Source: Neocallimastix sp. 'constans' (Eukaryota). From it: a DNA stretch of 64,000 bases. This document shows, in pieces, positions 38,180-49,960 of the stretch. The stretch is taken from positions 62,001 through 126,000 of the forward strand of contig JBODTK010000001.1 of assembly GCA_050613775.1 (NCBI GenBank), read 5' to 3'. The position numbers were made by a program, and so were the translations under genes. Under the pieces are notes generated by a model, which saw only the letters and a list, made by a program, of their open reading frames with translations, did not search any database and was not told the origin of the DNA. Numbering within the stretch: the first letter of the stretch is position 1; every line of letters starts with the position of its first letter.

Positions 38180-41100
38180 ATGTCAGATCTCAAAGGATTA
38201 AGTGTTTCTATGAAATCTTTGAATGATAATAATAGAAAAATATATTCAAGAAATGATCTTAATATCCGTTTAAGTGAAATTCAAAGTGCTTTAAAAGAAA
38301 AAGAGAGAGGTAAAAAAAAATTGTTTAAATAATAAGAATATTACGAATATAAATATTTTTTATTAAAAAATTAAATACAATAAGTTATTTTAAGATCATA
38401 AAGTTTTTTTTTTTTTTTATTTTGAATTAATAATTATTTATATATTTATTTATTTATTTATTTATTTATCCATTTTTTATATTTATTATTAATTTATTTA
38501 AATTTTTTATCTAATTATATCTTTATTATTATTATCATTTATTTATTTCATTTAAATTAATACTTACTAAAATAAAAAATATTTAAAAATTTAATTTATA
38601 AAAGACTTATCATTGGCAGCTGAAATTGGTCAACAGTTATTGGAAGCTAATACACAACTGAAGAAAAACTATGAAGAATTATTTTTACAAAACCAAAATG
38701 TTCAATACAAACTTCAAATCTATGAACAATTATCAAAAGTACATTCAGATTGTTCATCTCCAAAACAATCCAGTTCAAATCCTACTTCCCCAAGATATAA
38801 TTCTATAACTTCAAGAAGAAATTCAGTAATGTCATCTTCTTCAAGAAGAAGATCAAGAAATTTATCATTACCGCCATGTGTAATGTTAGATGGATCAGTA
38901 TGTAATTCTCCTTCATCTATACAAGCAAGATCCACTAGTTCATCCCAAAAGGATATTGATAGTGCCAGCAATACTTCATTAAAAGATCAATATCTTGAAA
39001 AAATTAAAAACTTAGAAGATTCTATAAGTAATTTAGAACGTCATAATGAAGAATTAAAAAAATTATTAGTGAAGAAAAATGAAGAAGTTAATAATATTCA
39101 AATTCAGAATAGTAAACTTTTATTAATAAAAGATGGTGAAGTTTTTGATTTGAAACAGGAATTGGAATCGTTAATGGCAAAAACCAAAAAATTAGAAATG
39201 GAAAAGAATTCATTAACAAAAGAAAATCAAAGACAAGCCAATGAATTGGATCGTATTGAGATTATAGATCAAGAGTATATACAAGATTTATTAAATAGAA
39301 TTAATCGTTTAGATTCCTCTCTTAAGAAAATGGAGAGTACCAAGGAAGAATTGGAAAAAAGTATTGAAAATATTACGATTGAAAAAATAGAATATCAAAA
39401 TAAATGTAAGACATTGGATAAAAAATTACAAGATTACCTTTATTACAAACATTTACATGATACTCAAGCTCAACATATTCAGGAATTGAATCAAACCATT
39501 GAACAACAAAGAATGCAAATTCAGAATTTAGATTTTCAACTCTATAATTTATCTATGTGTCCTTTTGAAAGTATACCTGAAATTAGATATACCGATAAAT
39601 ATATTATGGAAGAACCTGCTTCCCTTGAAAGTTTTCAAAGTTCTACTTCTTCACTAAGTTGTAAACGGAGTTGCCCACAAATCGATCCTGAAAAACCTTA
39701 TGATCCAGATACTATTGTTATTACTGCTAAACGTAGCAGTAATGCTACCACTACCTCTAATAATCATAATAATAATAATCATACCAGTTGTAATAGCAGT
39801 ACTCAGGCCTCTCAAAGTTTACCAAATTCTGATCCTGACCTTACTTTAAGTACTACATGCTTAGGTAAAAGGAATTTATATTCTGAATTAAAAGGTACAG
39901 ATTGGTACAATAATAAAGATAATGGTAAGGGAAAAGGCTATATTGATGATGACAATCCTTATTCACTTTCTGAAGAAGTCCTTAGTAATCGAGAAAAATT
40001 ATTAAAATCTGGACAATATCAACCCAACCAACGTCCATATGATTCTACTTCTGCCATATCAGAAAGAAAACAAACCATTTCTAGCAATAACGAAGCCCTC
40101 ACTTTAGTTGATAAAGCTAATCAATCCTTTGCTAATAATAAAAATATCGAAAAACTTATTAAACCTCAAATGAATAAAAATGATGTCAATAGTTATGATG
40201 TATTAATTAATTCCATTGAAAATGAATTTAAAAATTCAGAAGAAATTCAAATGAGAGACAATCCTTCATCCTCAACCAGCGGAGATATTATGAGGACAGA
40301 GGATAAGGATAAAAATTCATTTAAGAAAAACAATGATTTAAATAATACTTCTATTTCATCTATAAAACCAGGAGGTACTTCTAAAGTTTCCAATAGCAAT
40401 AATTCTACGATTGACAATATTACTAATGGAAATAATCAATCTAACCGTTCTGGTTCTAATAATAATAATAAAAATAATAATTCTAATAGTAATAGTAATA
40501 TAGGAAATAATCAATCCGACCTTTCTATCTACAATAGTAACAATAATAATAAAAATAATCAATCCGACTTTTCTATTTCCAGTAATAAAAATAATAATAA
40601 AAATAATAATTCTTCGGGAAATAAATCAGCTGATTCAAATATGTCTGATCCAAAAGGATTAGATTTTGATAAAAATTCTAATAAATTATTATTTGATTAT
40701 AAAAAATTGAGTGATATGATTGAAAAAGGTCAATTTTTAAATTCTCAAGGAAATACAAATTCTAATGGAATGAAACATTCTGCTTCCGATAATTTCTATC
40801 AAAAGCCATTTAAATCAAAATATCCATTTATTGTAGGAAATTTCCACGCTTTGTCTTTTGATTCTCTCTTTAGAGCACTTGAACTTTCAAAACTTCAACG
40901 AAATAATTTCATTGTCGATCCAAACTATTCTAATAGTAGTAATTACAGTAAAAATAATAGAAAGAATAACAAGTTTAATAGTGGTTCCTTTACTACTCCA
41001 ATTATTGGTAATTCTACCTATTCCATAGATGATGATACCAATCCTAAAAGTTCCTCTTCTCTTACCATTCAAGATAGGGATGATAAGAATATCAATGATA

Positions 41101-41521
41101 CTACAAAATCTGATAATTCACTATCAAATATTAAGACTTCTAATAATGCTATACCAGGAAATACAACAATCAATGAAGATTTCACTAATTTAGCAAAGAA
41201 TTTCCATTCGACTTCTCCTCTTACTTCTCTAATTGAAAATATTAATTTAAATAATGCCATTAAGGAAGGAAATTCTAATTCTAATCTATCAATCTATACC
41301 TCAGAGTCTTCTCAAAATCTCTCATCATTTAATACTAATACTAATAATAAATTTGGATCCAAGAATCACGTTGATGACATATCAGAATCTGATATATCCT
41401 TATTAAAGAATAAGTCATTATTTGGCTCTCATAAGAATAAGAATAATAAACATTTGTCCTCCTCCCAAAAAATGGATAAATCTTCATTATTATCAGAGGA
41501 AGGTGAAGATGATACTCAGAC

Positions 41522-41555
<34 letters not shown>

Positions 41556-42194
41556 TATCCATACAATCCTGCCGATAATGATATTAATACTAGAGAAATA
41601 AAAGCAAAGACAAAAGCAAAAACTAGATCTAAAGTTGGAGCTGGAACTTCCACTGATTCAGTAACTTCCAAGAATTCAGATAGAAAAAGAAAAAATATTA
41701 ATACTAATTCTAATTCCAATATAAATAATCATGGTAGCAATCCTAGAGGAGATGATGATCTCATTAATAAGCTAAAAGGAAAACATAATCAAATGATGGA
41801 GGATGGACCAGGTATATTTAATGGAAAACTTCCACCAATGATGGGTGGACCTGCTCTTCTTAGGGCTGAAGGTAATACGCCATTGAATAATAAAGTCACA
41901 ATTGAGCAATATCGAAATGCACTAAATCAGTATTCCAATTCTGGAAATTATATTCTTCGACTTTTAATTGACAGTTGGCTTCGATTCCTGAATACTTTTG
42001 TAGGTTATGGATCTAATATTAATTATGATATTAATGATATGGATTCAGCCTATGCTCGAGGTTATGATCTTCAACGAAGTCTATCCAATTTAACGTCGGA
42101 GGATTCCTTAACCACTACGGAAGCTTCCTCATTAGCAAACTCCGTAATACCATCAGCTGCTTCATCCTGTCATAATCTTAATGAGTTACCATAA
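38180..42194 (+). CDS. Coiled-coil protein with an N-terminal CC1 box (HAP1_N/TRAK/BICDL/CDR2-like), putative dynein-dynactin activating adaptor, ~1239 aa
   Basis: Exon 1 (38180-38309) and exon 2 (38605-42194) are joined by a phase-1 GT-AG intron giving LKEKERDLSLAAEIGQQLLEAN. This is followed by a long heptad region, NLYSEL, and an Asn/Ser-rich low-complexity tail. Confidence 0.8.
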
Positions 42195-42765
42195 TAAAAA
42201 GTACTACTTTTAAAAGATAAAAGAAAATTTGAAAATTTAAAAAAATAATATTTTTTAAAATAAAAATGAAAAAGAGAAATAGAATAGAGAAAAGAAGAAA
42301 AAAAAATTAAAATTAAAAAAAAAAAAAAAAAAAATTTAAAAATATATATATTAAAAAAAAAAAAACTATAATAATAATGATAAACCAATGAAACCTTTTT
42401 TTTATTAAAAATTATATATATATATATAATTTTTAGTAATTAACAATTTTTATTTTTATCATTAATATATATTTTTTTATAGATATAGAAATCATTATTT
42501 TAGATATTAAGGTATTTTTTTTTTTTTTTATTTATATTTTTATTTTTTAATTATCAACAAGATTTTTTTTTTAATTAGTATTATTATTCAATAAACCAAA
42601 AACAAAAAAATTATATTTTTTTTTAAAAGAAATTTATATAATTATTATTAATAATTTCAAACAATAATCAACAATAATAACAGTAAAAAAAAAAAATAAG
42701 TAAAGAAATAAATATAAAAATTTTAAAATATAAAAATTATAAAATATTAAATATTTAAAATATAC

Positions 42766-42818
<53 letters not shown>

Positions 42819-43259
42819 CTTTTGCCATCCGTTATATCAACTTTGAAAACTACTCTTTATTTCTATTTTTTTTTTAAAAAAAAATATTATATTATATTAT
42901 AATAAATAAAAACTATATTTTGAAAAAAAAAAAAAAAAAAAAAAAAGGTTTAATTATTATTGTATCTCTTTCTATTCCTATTTACTGCAAAATAAAATTC
43001 TTTAATTGGATTTTTTTTTTTTTTTTTTTTTTTTACAGATGCAATTATTGGGAATTTTAAACTTTATTTATTTAATGATTTATTAATTACATAATTATAT
43101 TTTTTTTATAAAAAAAAAAACAGAATTAATAAAAAAAAAAAAATAAATATTATTTGTCCAATTAGAGCATAATAATATTTTAAATAGTAATGTGAAATAA
43201 AAAGTTATATTCAAAGTAAAGTGTATAAATAAATTCAGAAAAAAGTTCAAATGCAACGA

Positions 43260-44380
43260 ACCTCACCTCCAGATTATAAGATTTCTGTTTAAAAGGAAAT
43301 TCTTATTCTGGATTAGGATTTGAATTGACTATCTAAAGAAACTATGGTTTTCTCCTTCAGAGGCATTGGCCCTGCTAGCCTGCCTTAACTGCATTTTCAG
43401 CAGTTGATGCTCCTGGTTAGTTTGCGCTTATTTTGCCTGGGATAGCAACCCTTGTCAACCCTTGTCGAATACTCCCCATAGGCATAATTTCTGCAAAGAG
43501 AGCTGCAGATTGCACTAAGAATAGCGTTTTTGAATAATCCCCAGTTATGATTTGTTTATTAAACAAACAACCCTTGCCTTTTTATAATTTAAATTAATAA
43601 TGTCTGCATCTCTTCCACCAAGAAGTTATATAATCGGTACCATGTTATATTATATATTTACACACTCATTATTCAGAAAATTAATTTAAACTACGAGAGA
43701 TTTATGTATTTCTATTTTCTGTTGAAGATGTAATCGGTAAAATCCTTTGCAATGGAATTTGTAGCGTTGATGAACTTTTCAGTTATACTATCAGATGAAA
43801 GGTCTCCATTTCCTAATTCTTCACTTTGAATAATCAAATTTATTGCGATCAAAAATTTCTTTCTTAAGTTCAAGACATTTATACTTATCCCACCTAATAA
43901 ATTTTTTTTGGTAAAAAAAAAAAAAAAAAAAAAAAAAAGATTCATCTGTTGTAGTTTTCTTGCAGTAAACTATAAGCAGTTTATGATCAGATATAGAAGG
44001 ATAATCAACAAAATAAGCACTTGATATTTTATCCAGCATACTTGAATTGACTAATACATGATCAATATCTGATGAATATCTACCTCTAGTCCATGAAATA
44101 GGTGAACCATTAATCGGAAGAATAAACCAATTACCAAGGTTTCTGATGGTTAATTTATCTTGTTAATTAGGGGGCTCATGTTAAAGTCTTCAAGAAGAAT
44201 AAATGGATGATTAGTGTGATTCTGAAGACATGTGAAAACTTCAGAGAATATATATCAATGCATTTAGGTCTTGAAATGAGTGGAAATATAAGACATTACC
44301 AACAAAACACTTAGAGTGATTCCATAGACTATATGTTGTTAAAGAAACAAGATGAGTATAGTGTATACTTTAATCCTGAA
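43260..44380 (-). mobile_element. Non-LTR retrotransposon (LINE) ORF2 remnant with AP endonuclease
   Basis: The - strand gives HPFILLEDFNMS, ISWTRGRYSSDIDHVLVNSSM and SISDHKLLIV, which are the EEP endonuclease motifs (GDFN, IDH, SDH), with frameshifts. Boundaries are approximate. Confidence 0.75.
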
Positions 44381-44895
44381 GAAACAATCATTAAATTTAG
44401 TAATTCTTAATATAAATAAAAAAATAATATGTATATTGCCATCTTTTATATCAACTTTTTAAACCTCCTCTTTTTTTTATTTTTTTTTTAAAAAAAAATT
44501 TTTATAATATATAAAAATTATATATATTAAAAAATATATATATATATATAATTACCATAGTAGTTCATTCTATTCCTATTTACTACAATAATAAAAAGCT
44601 TCAAATGGAGGAATAACAAATAACAAAACAAAGATAACCTTTATACAATTTTATAAAATTTTTTTGTTCATCTAATTAAATTACAACTATTAACTATTAA
44701 TTAATTAATTAATTAATTAATTAGCAATTCAGCACTAAACTACTAAATTATTAATTCTTAAAAATAAACCTTTTCCTTTTCAACTAATTTCCACCCAAGA
44801 AGATAAGATATATACATACATATATTTAACTTTTAAAATATTAAATTCATAACCTACCACAAAACACTCATAATTTAAAATATATAAAATAAATT

Positions 44896-44927
<32 letters not shown>

Positions 44928-45243
44928 AATGTTTCTTTATTTATTTTTTTTTTTTAATTGTTTTATTTTATAATTAATTTCTTTTTTTTTTTACAATTTT
45001 CTTATTAAATTTTTTTTTTAATAATATGTGCAAAAAAAATTTTTTTTTGTTTATATTTATATTTATTTTTTTTTTTTTTTTTTTTGTTTTTTGTTTTGTT
45101 TTGTTTTAGTTTTTTATTTTGGTATCAAAAGGTTAACTTTTTTTTATACAAATATTTTATGATACATTGTTTACAATTTTATTTCTCCAAAAAAGTTTAC
45201 TTATAAGTTATCTCTTCAAAAAAAAAAAAAAAAATTATTTTTT

Positions 45244-46653
45244 TTATTCACTTAAGAAAACGTTGTAACATCTGTAAGCATTATAGTTATCGAGCTTAGC
45301 AGAAAGTTCGAATGGAGCATGCATACATAAAATTGGAACACCAACATCAATGGTGTCAACGTCAAGATCAGCAACAAAGGCAGCAACTGTACCACCACCA
45401 CCTAAATCAATTCTACCGAGTTCACCAGTTTGCCAGACAACACCATTCTTGTCCATTAAAGTACGAATTCTACCAACGAATTCAGCATGGGCATCATTAG
45501 AACCAGATTTACCTCTGGCACCAGTGAACTTAGTAATACCTACACCACAATTCATGTAGCAAGCATTACGCTTTTCAGTGACGTCAGAGAAGGTTGGATC
45601 AACACCAACAGTAACATCAGCAGATAAACATTCAGATTTGGAAAGAACATGTCTACCCTTGCAACCGAAATCTTCAGCAATATCATGAACAAAATATTTA
45701 AGGAAGGATGAACGTAAACCAGTATTACCTTCACTACCAATTTCTTCCTTATCGGCTAAACAAACAACGGCAGTCTTTTGTGGAACATCGTTAATATCAA
45801 GTATAGCTCTGAGACAAGCAAAACTACAAACCTTATCATCTTGACCATAAGCACCAACGAAACTACGATCTAAACCGACATCCTTTGGCTTGAAAGCAGG
45901 AACAACTTCTAATTCAGCAGAAAGGAAATCTTCTTCAATAATACCGTACTTTTCATTTAAGAGCTTAATGATGTTAAGTTTAACACGTTCACTAGCTTCA
46001 TCATCACGGAATGGAAGAGAGCCAACAACAACATTTAATTCTTCACCTCTAATACCATCTGGAAGAGAACGCTTGTTTTGTTCTTGAGAAAGATGTGGTA
46101 ATAAATCAGTAACCATGAAAACTGGATCACTTTCATCTTCACCAATCTTTACTGGAACAACACTACCATCCTTCTTGTATATGACACCATGAAGAGCAAG
46201 TGGGATAACAGCCCATTGATACTTCTTAATACCACCGTAGTAGTGAGTTTTGAAGAGAGCAATTTCAGTATCTTCATATAATGGAACTTGTTTAAGATCA
46301 AGACGTGGTGAATCTATGTGAGCAGCACAAATGTGAACACCTTCCTTAACTGGTTCCTTACCAATAATAGCTAAGATAACAGCCTTCTTACGGTTGTTAA
46401 CATAAATTTTATCTCCTGGTTTTAAACCCATACCTGGAGTGTATTCCTTGAAGCCCTTTGCTTTAGCTCTTTCAATAGCGTTGGCAGCAAATTCCCTTTC
46501 AATCTTAGATTGACCTAAGAATTGTTTATAATCTTCATTGTAATCATCAGACTTTTTAATGTCTTCTTCCTTCATAGTTAATCCAGCATGTTTTCTTTTG
46601 TAGAATAACTTTTCTTTTAATTGATTAGCTTCTGACTTTTTTGTTTCAGCCAT
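45244..46653 (-). CDS. apeA: M18-family zinc aminopeptidase, bacterial ApeA-type, 469 aa, intronless
   Basis: AAHIDSPRLDLKQ, THYYGGIKKYQW, YGQDDKVC, DKEEIGS, SADV, KFTGARGKSGSNDA, WQTGELGRIDLGGGGTVA and MHAPFE; metal ligands are intact. Confidence 0.93.
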   Translation of the reverse strand: MAETKKSEANQLKEKLFYKRKHAGLTMKEEDIKKSDDYNEDYKQFLGQSKIEREFAANAIERAKAKGFKEYTPGMGLKPGDKIYVNNRKKAVILAIIGKEPVKEGVHICAAHIDSPRLDLKQVPLYEDTEIALFKTHYYGGIKKYQWAVIPLALHGVIYKKDGSVVPVKIGEDESDPVFMVTDLLPHLSQEQNKRSLPDGIRGEELNVVVGSLPFRDDEASERVKLNIIKLLNEKYGIIEEDFLSAELEVVPAFKPKDVGLDRSFVGAYGQDDKVCSFACLRAILDINDVPQKTAVVCLADKEEIGSEGNTGLRSSFLKYFVHDIAEDFGCKGRHVLSKSECLSADVTVGVDPTFSDVTEKRNACYMNCGVGITKFTGARGKSGSNDAHAEFVGRIRTLMDKNGVVWQTGELGRIDLGGGGTVAAFVADLDVDTIDVGVPILCMHAPFELSAKLDNYNAYRCYNVFLSE

Positions 46654-47094
46654 TTTTGTTGTTATAAATCTTTGATTAGATAAATTATTTAATGTATTGT
46701 TTTTATTTAAAATACTTCTACTTAATGAAGTTTCAGTGGCTATATTTATTTATACAAATATTTTATTATAATAAAATATATAATTAATGATATATATTAA
46801 ATTTTATTATTTATTTATTTTTTAAACAATAATAAAATTATTTATTTTTTTTTTTTCAATTATGATTATTCATAAATTGTTGTTAATTCAATATATCATA
46901 AAAATATTTTTTATGTATAATAAAGAGAAAAAAATTTTTTAGATATAAAACTATATTTATATAAAAAAAATTTTTTTTTTTTTTTATGAACTATTAACAT
47001 ATATACATATTTATTATATATATTAATTATTTAATATCAAATAATATTAATGTCTAATAATATGAATTATTTTATATTATTATTAATTATTAAT

Positions 47095-47360
47095 TATTAA
47101 TAATTATTTTATTATTGATTATTTATTATTTATTATTAATAAATACTCTTTTTATTTATTTAATTATTATTTATTATTTATTATTTATTATTTATTATTT
47201 ATTATTTATTATTTATTATTTATTATTTATTATTTATTATTTATTATTTATTATTTATTATTTATTATTTATTATTTATTATTTATTATTTATTATTTAC
47301 TATTTATTATTTATTATTTATTATTTACTATTTATTATTTATTATTTATTATTCAATTAT
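47095..47360. repeat. Heptamer minisatellite (ATTTATT)n; further arrays at ~48190-48312 and ~48500-48890
   Basis: Tandem ATTTATT units, the reverse complement of the array at 34980-35160; they produce the spurious IIYYLLF ORFs. Confidence 0.9.
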
Positions 47361-49166
47361 TAAATGATTATTATATATTAAAAACTTTTTTTTTATTATT
47401 ATTATATTATATTTCATATTAATTAATTATAAATTCCCTTTTATAGTTTCTTTTTATTAATTTTTTTTTTTTACTAATTAATTTAATTTAGTTTAAGGTA
47501 TATATTAATAAAATATAATAAAATATTATAAAAAAAATAAATTCAAATATAAAATAGAATTAAAATTTTAAATTAATTTTATAAAATTTAATCTCTTCCT
47601 ATTTCCAATATATTATACATATATTTTGAATATATTAGATTATATCTTCTAATTGTAAATCTTGTGATGAAGAATTAATTTATTTATGGATCATACATAA
47701 ATTTATTTCTTATGTATGGAAGAGAATGGAGTTACGTGTAATTTCTAAATTTTTTACTTCTATTTCTTTGCTTTTCATTACTTTTATGGTTATTTACAGA
47801 AATATATTAATCATTATTACAAAAATTACATTTTTCTTTCTTAAATTTTCTATTATTTTAATTAAGTAAATAATAAAAAAAGAAATTAAAAGAACTATTC
47901 CTTTGCTTTTCTTTGCTTTTATGGTTATTTATCAATATATTATACATTATCATTACTAAAATAATAAACTTTTTTCTTTATTAAATTATTTACCATTTAT
48001 TTTAAATAAGTAAAAAGAAAAAAAAAAAATTAAAATAAGGATTTTTATATACAACTTTTTTTTTAAACTTAATACAATGATAACTAATATATATACACTG
48101 GTATTAATCTAATTATTTACTTATTTATTACAATTGTTACTAGTTTATTATAGATTTATTAAATATTAACAAATTATACAGTTTATATTTTATTTATTAT
48201 TTATTTATTTATTATTTATTATTTATTATTTATTATTTATTATTTATTATTCCATTATTTATTATTTATTATTTATTATTTATTATTTATTATTTATTAT
48301 TTATTATTTATTTGATATATGTATATATTTTATATGTATCAATAGCAGTATTTAATTTTTTGTATTTGATATTTAAATAGATAATTAATAAATTATTTCG
48401 AAAAAAAAAATATTTCCCTCTTGCCTATCCTTTTTTTTTTATTTTTTATATTATTCATAATGTATTAACTAATATTAACAAATATCAACAACACTTTCAA
48501 TTATTTATTATTTATTATTTATTATTTATTATTTATTATTTATTATTTATTATTTATTATTTATTATTTATTATTTATTATTTATTATTTATTATTTATT
48601 ATTTATTATTCAATTATTTATTATTTATTATTTATTATTTATTATTTATTATTTATTTATTTATTTATTTATTTATTCAATTATTAAATTATTTATTATT
48701 TATTATTTATTATTTATTATTTATTATTTATTATTTATTATTTATTATTTATTATTTATTATTTATTATTTATTATTTATTATTTATTATTTATTATTTA
48801 TTATTTATTATTTATTTATTTATCATTTATTATTTATTATTTATTATTTATTTATTTATCATTTATTATTTATTTGTTATTTGTTATTTATATATATTTT
48901 CAATATTTTTATTATTATTTTATTTTTTAATATTATCATGAATTACTTTAAAATTAATCTTTTTAATAATTATAATCAAAGTTTTATTATTTTTAGGCAA
49001 AATTTAGTTATAATACTAAAATCAATATTATATATTTTTATTATTTTTTTCCATTTTTATATTATCATGAAAAAATAAAAAATTTTTTTATTATTCTTAT
49101 TATTATTAAAGAAAAAGAAAAGAAAAAAAATACTTCTTTCTGGTATAAAAGAAAAAAAAGTCTTAC

Positions 49167-49302
49167 CTAAATGTAAATAAGAATTATTTAATTTGGTACA
49201 TAATACATTATTTAAAGGATTTTTTGTTGAAAGCGAAGAAATTAAAATTTTATTTTGTAATCCAAATGAAGCTTTTGGAATGGATTTAAGAAGTAAAGAC
49301 AT
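49167..49302 (-). other. Possible first exon encoding an organellar (hydrogenosomal/mitochondrial-type) presequence; downstream exons not resolved
   Basis: AAAATG start; MSLLLKSIPKASFGLQNKILISSLSTKNPLNNVLCTKLNNSYLHL is rich in Ser/Leu/Lys with no acidic residues; canonical AG|GTAAG donor at 49166. No clean continuation was found. Confidence 0.35.
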
Positions 49303-49373
49303 TTTTTATAAGAAAAAAAATCTATTTATAGTTATTATTGTAATTACAAATAAACAATATTATTAATTATTAT

Positions 49374-49423
<50 letters not shown>

Positions 49424-49747
49424 CAATAAGTAAAAAGTTCAATACTTCATTGATAAAAAAATAATTTTATCATAAATTCATTTAATAATCTTTGACAGAC
49501 ATTTAATATAAATTTTCATATTTTTTATATTTTTATTTTTTTTTTTATTTTATTTTATTTTACTTATTATTATATCATCAGAAATGTTATTTCACATTTA
49601 ATTCATTATTTAGGTTTTTAAATAAATACATTAAATTTACAGTAATATATATATATATATTTTGATATACACCTGTTCTATTTAATTTTTAAAACTTATA
49701 ATATGTATTAATTAAAAAGCTTTTTTCCTTTTTTTATTTGTTTTTCA

Positions 49748-49783
<36 letters not shown>

Positions 49784-49871
49784 GGTGTGTAAGTTCTAGT
49801 TAAAAAAATGAAGTAGAAATTTTTATTTTTATTATTTTTTTTTTTATTATCTTTTCTTCGATTATCGATTA

Positions 49872-49919
<48 letters not shown>

Positions 49920-49960
49920 TTTTCTTTAAAATAAAAAATAAAAAAAATGAAAAAAAAAAT

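Noticed and set aside
45244..46653. Bacterial contamination as the source of the M18 gene
   Set aside because: Codon usage matches the host PLPBP exons, the flanks are typical AT-rich host DNA, and there are no neighbouring bacterial genes or Shine-Dalgarno site.
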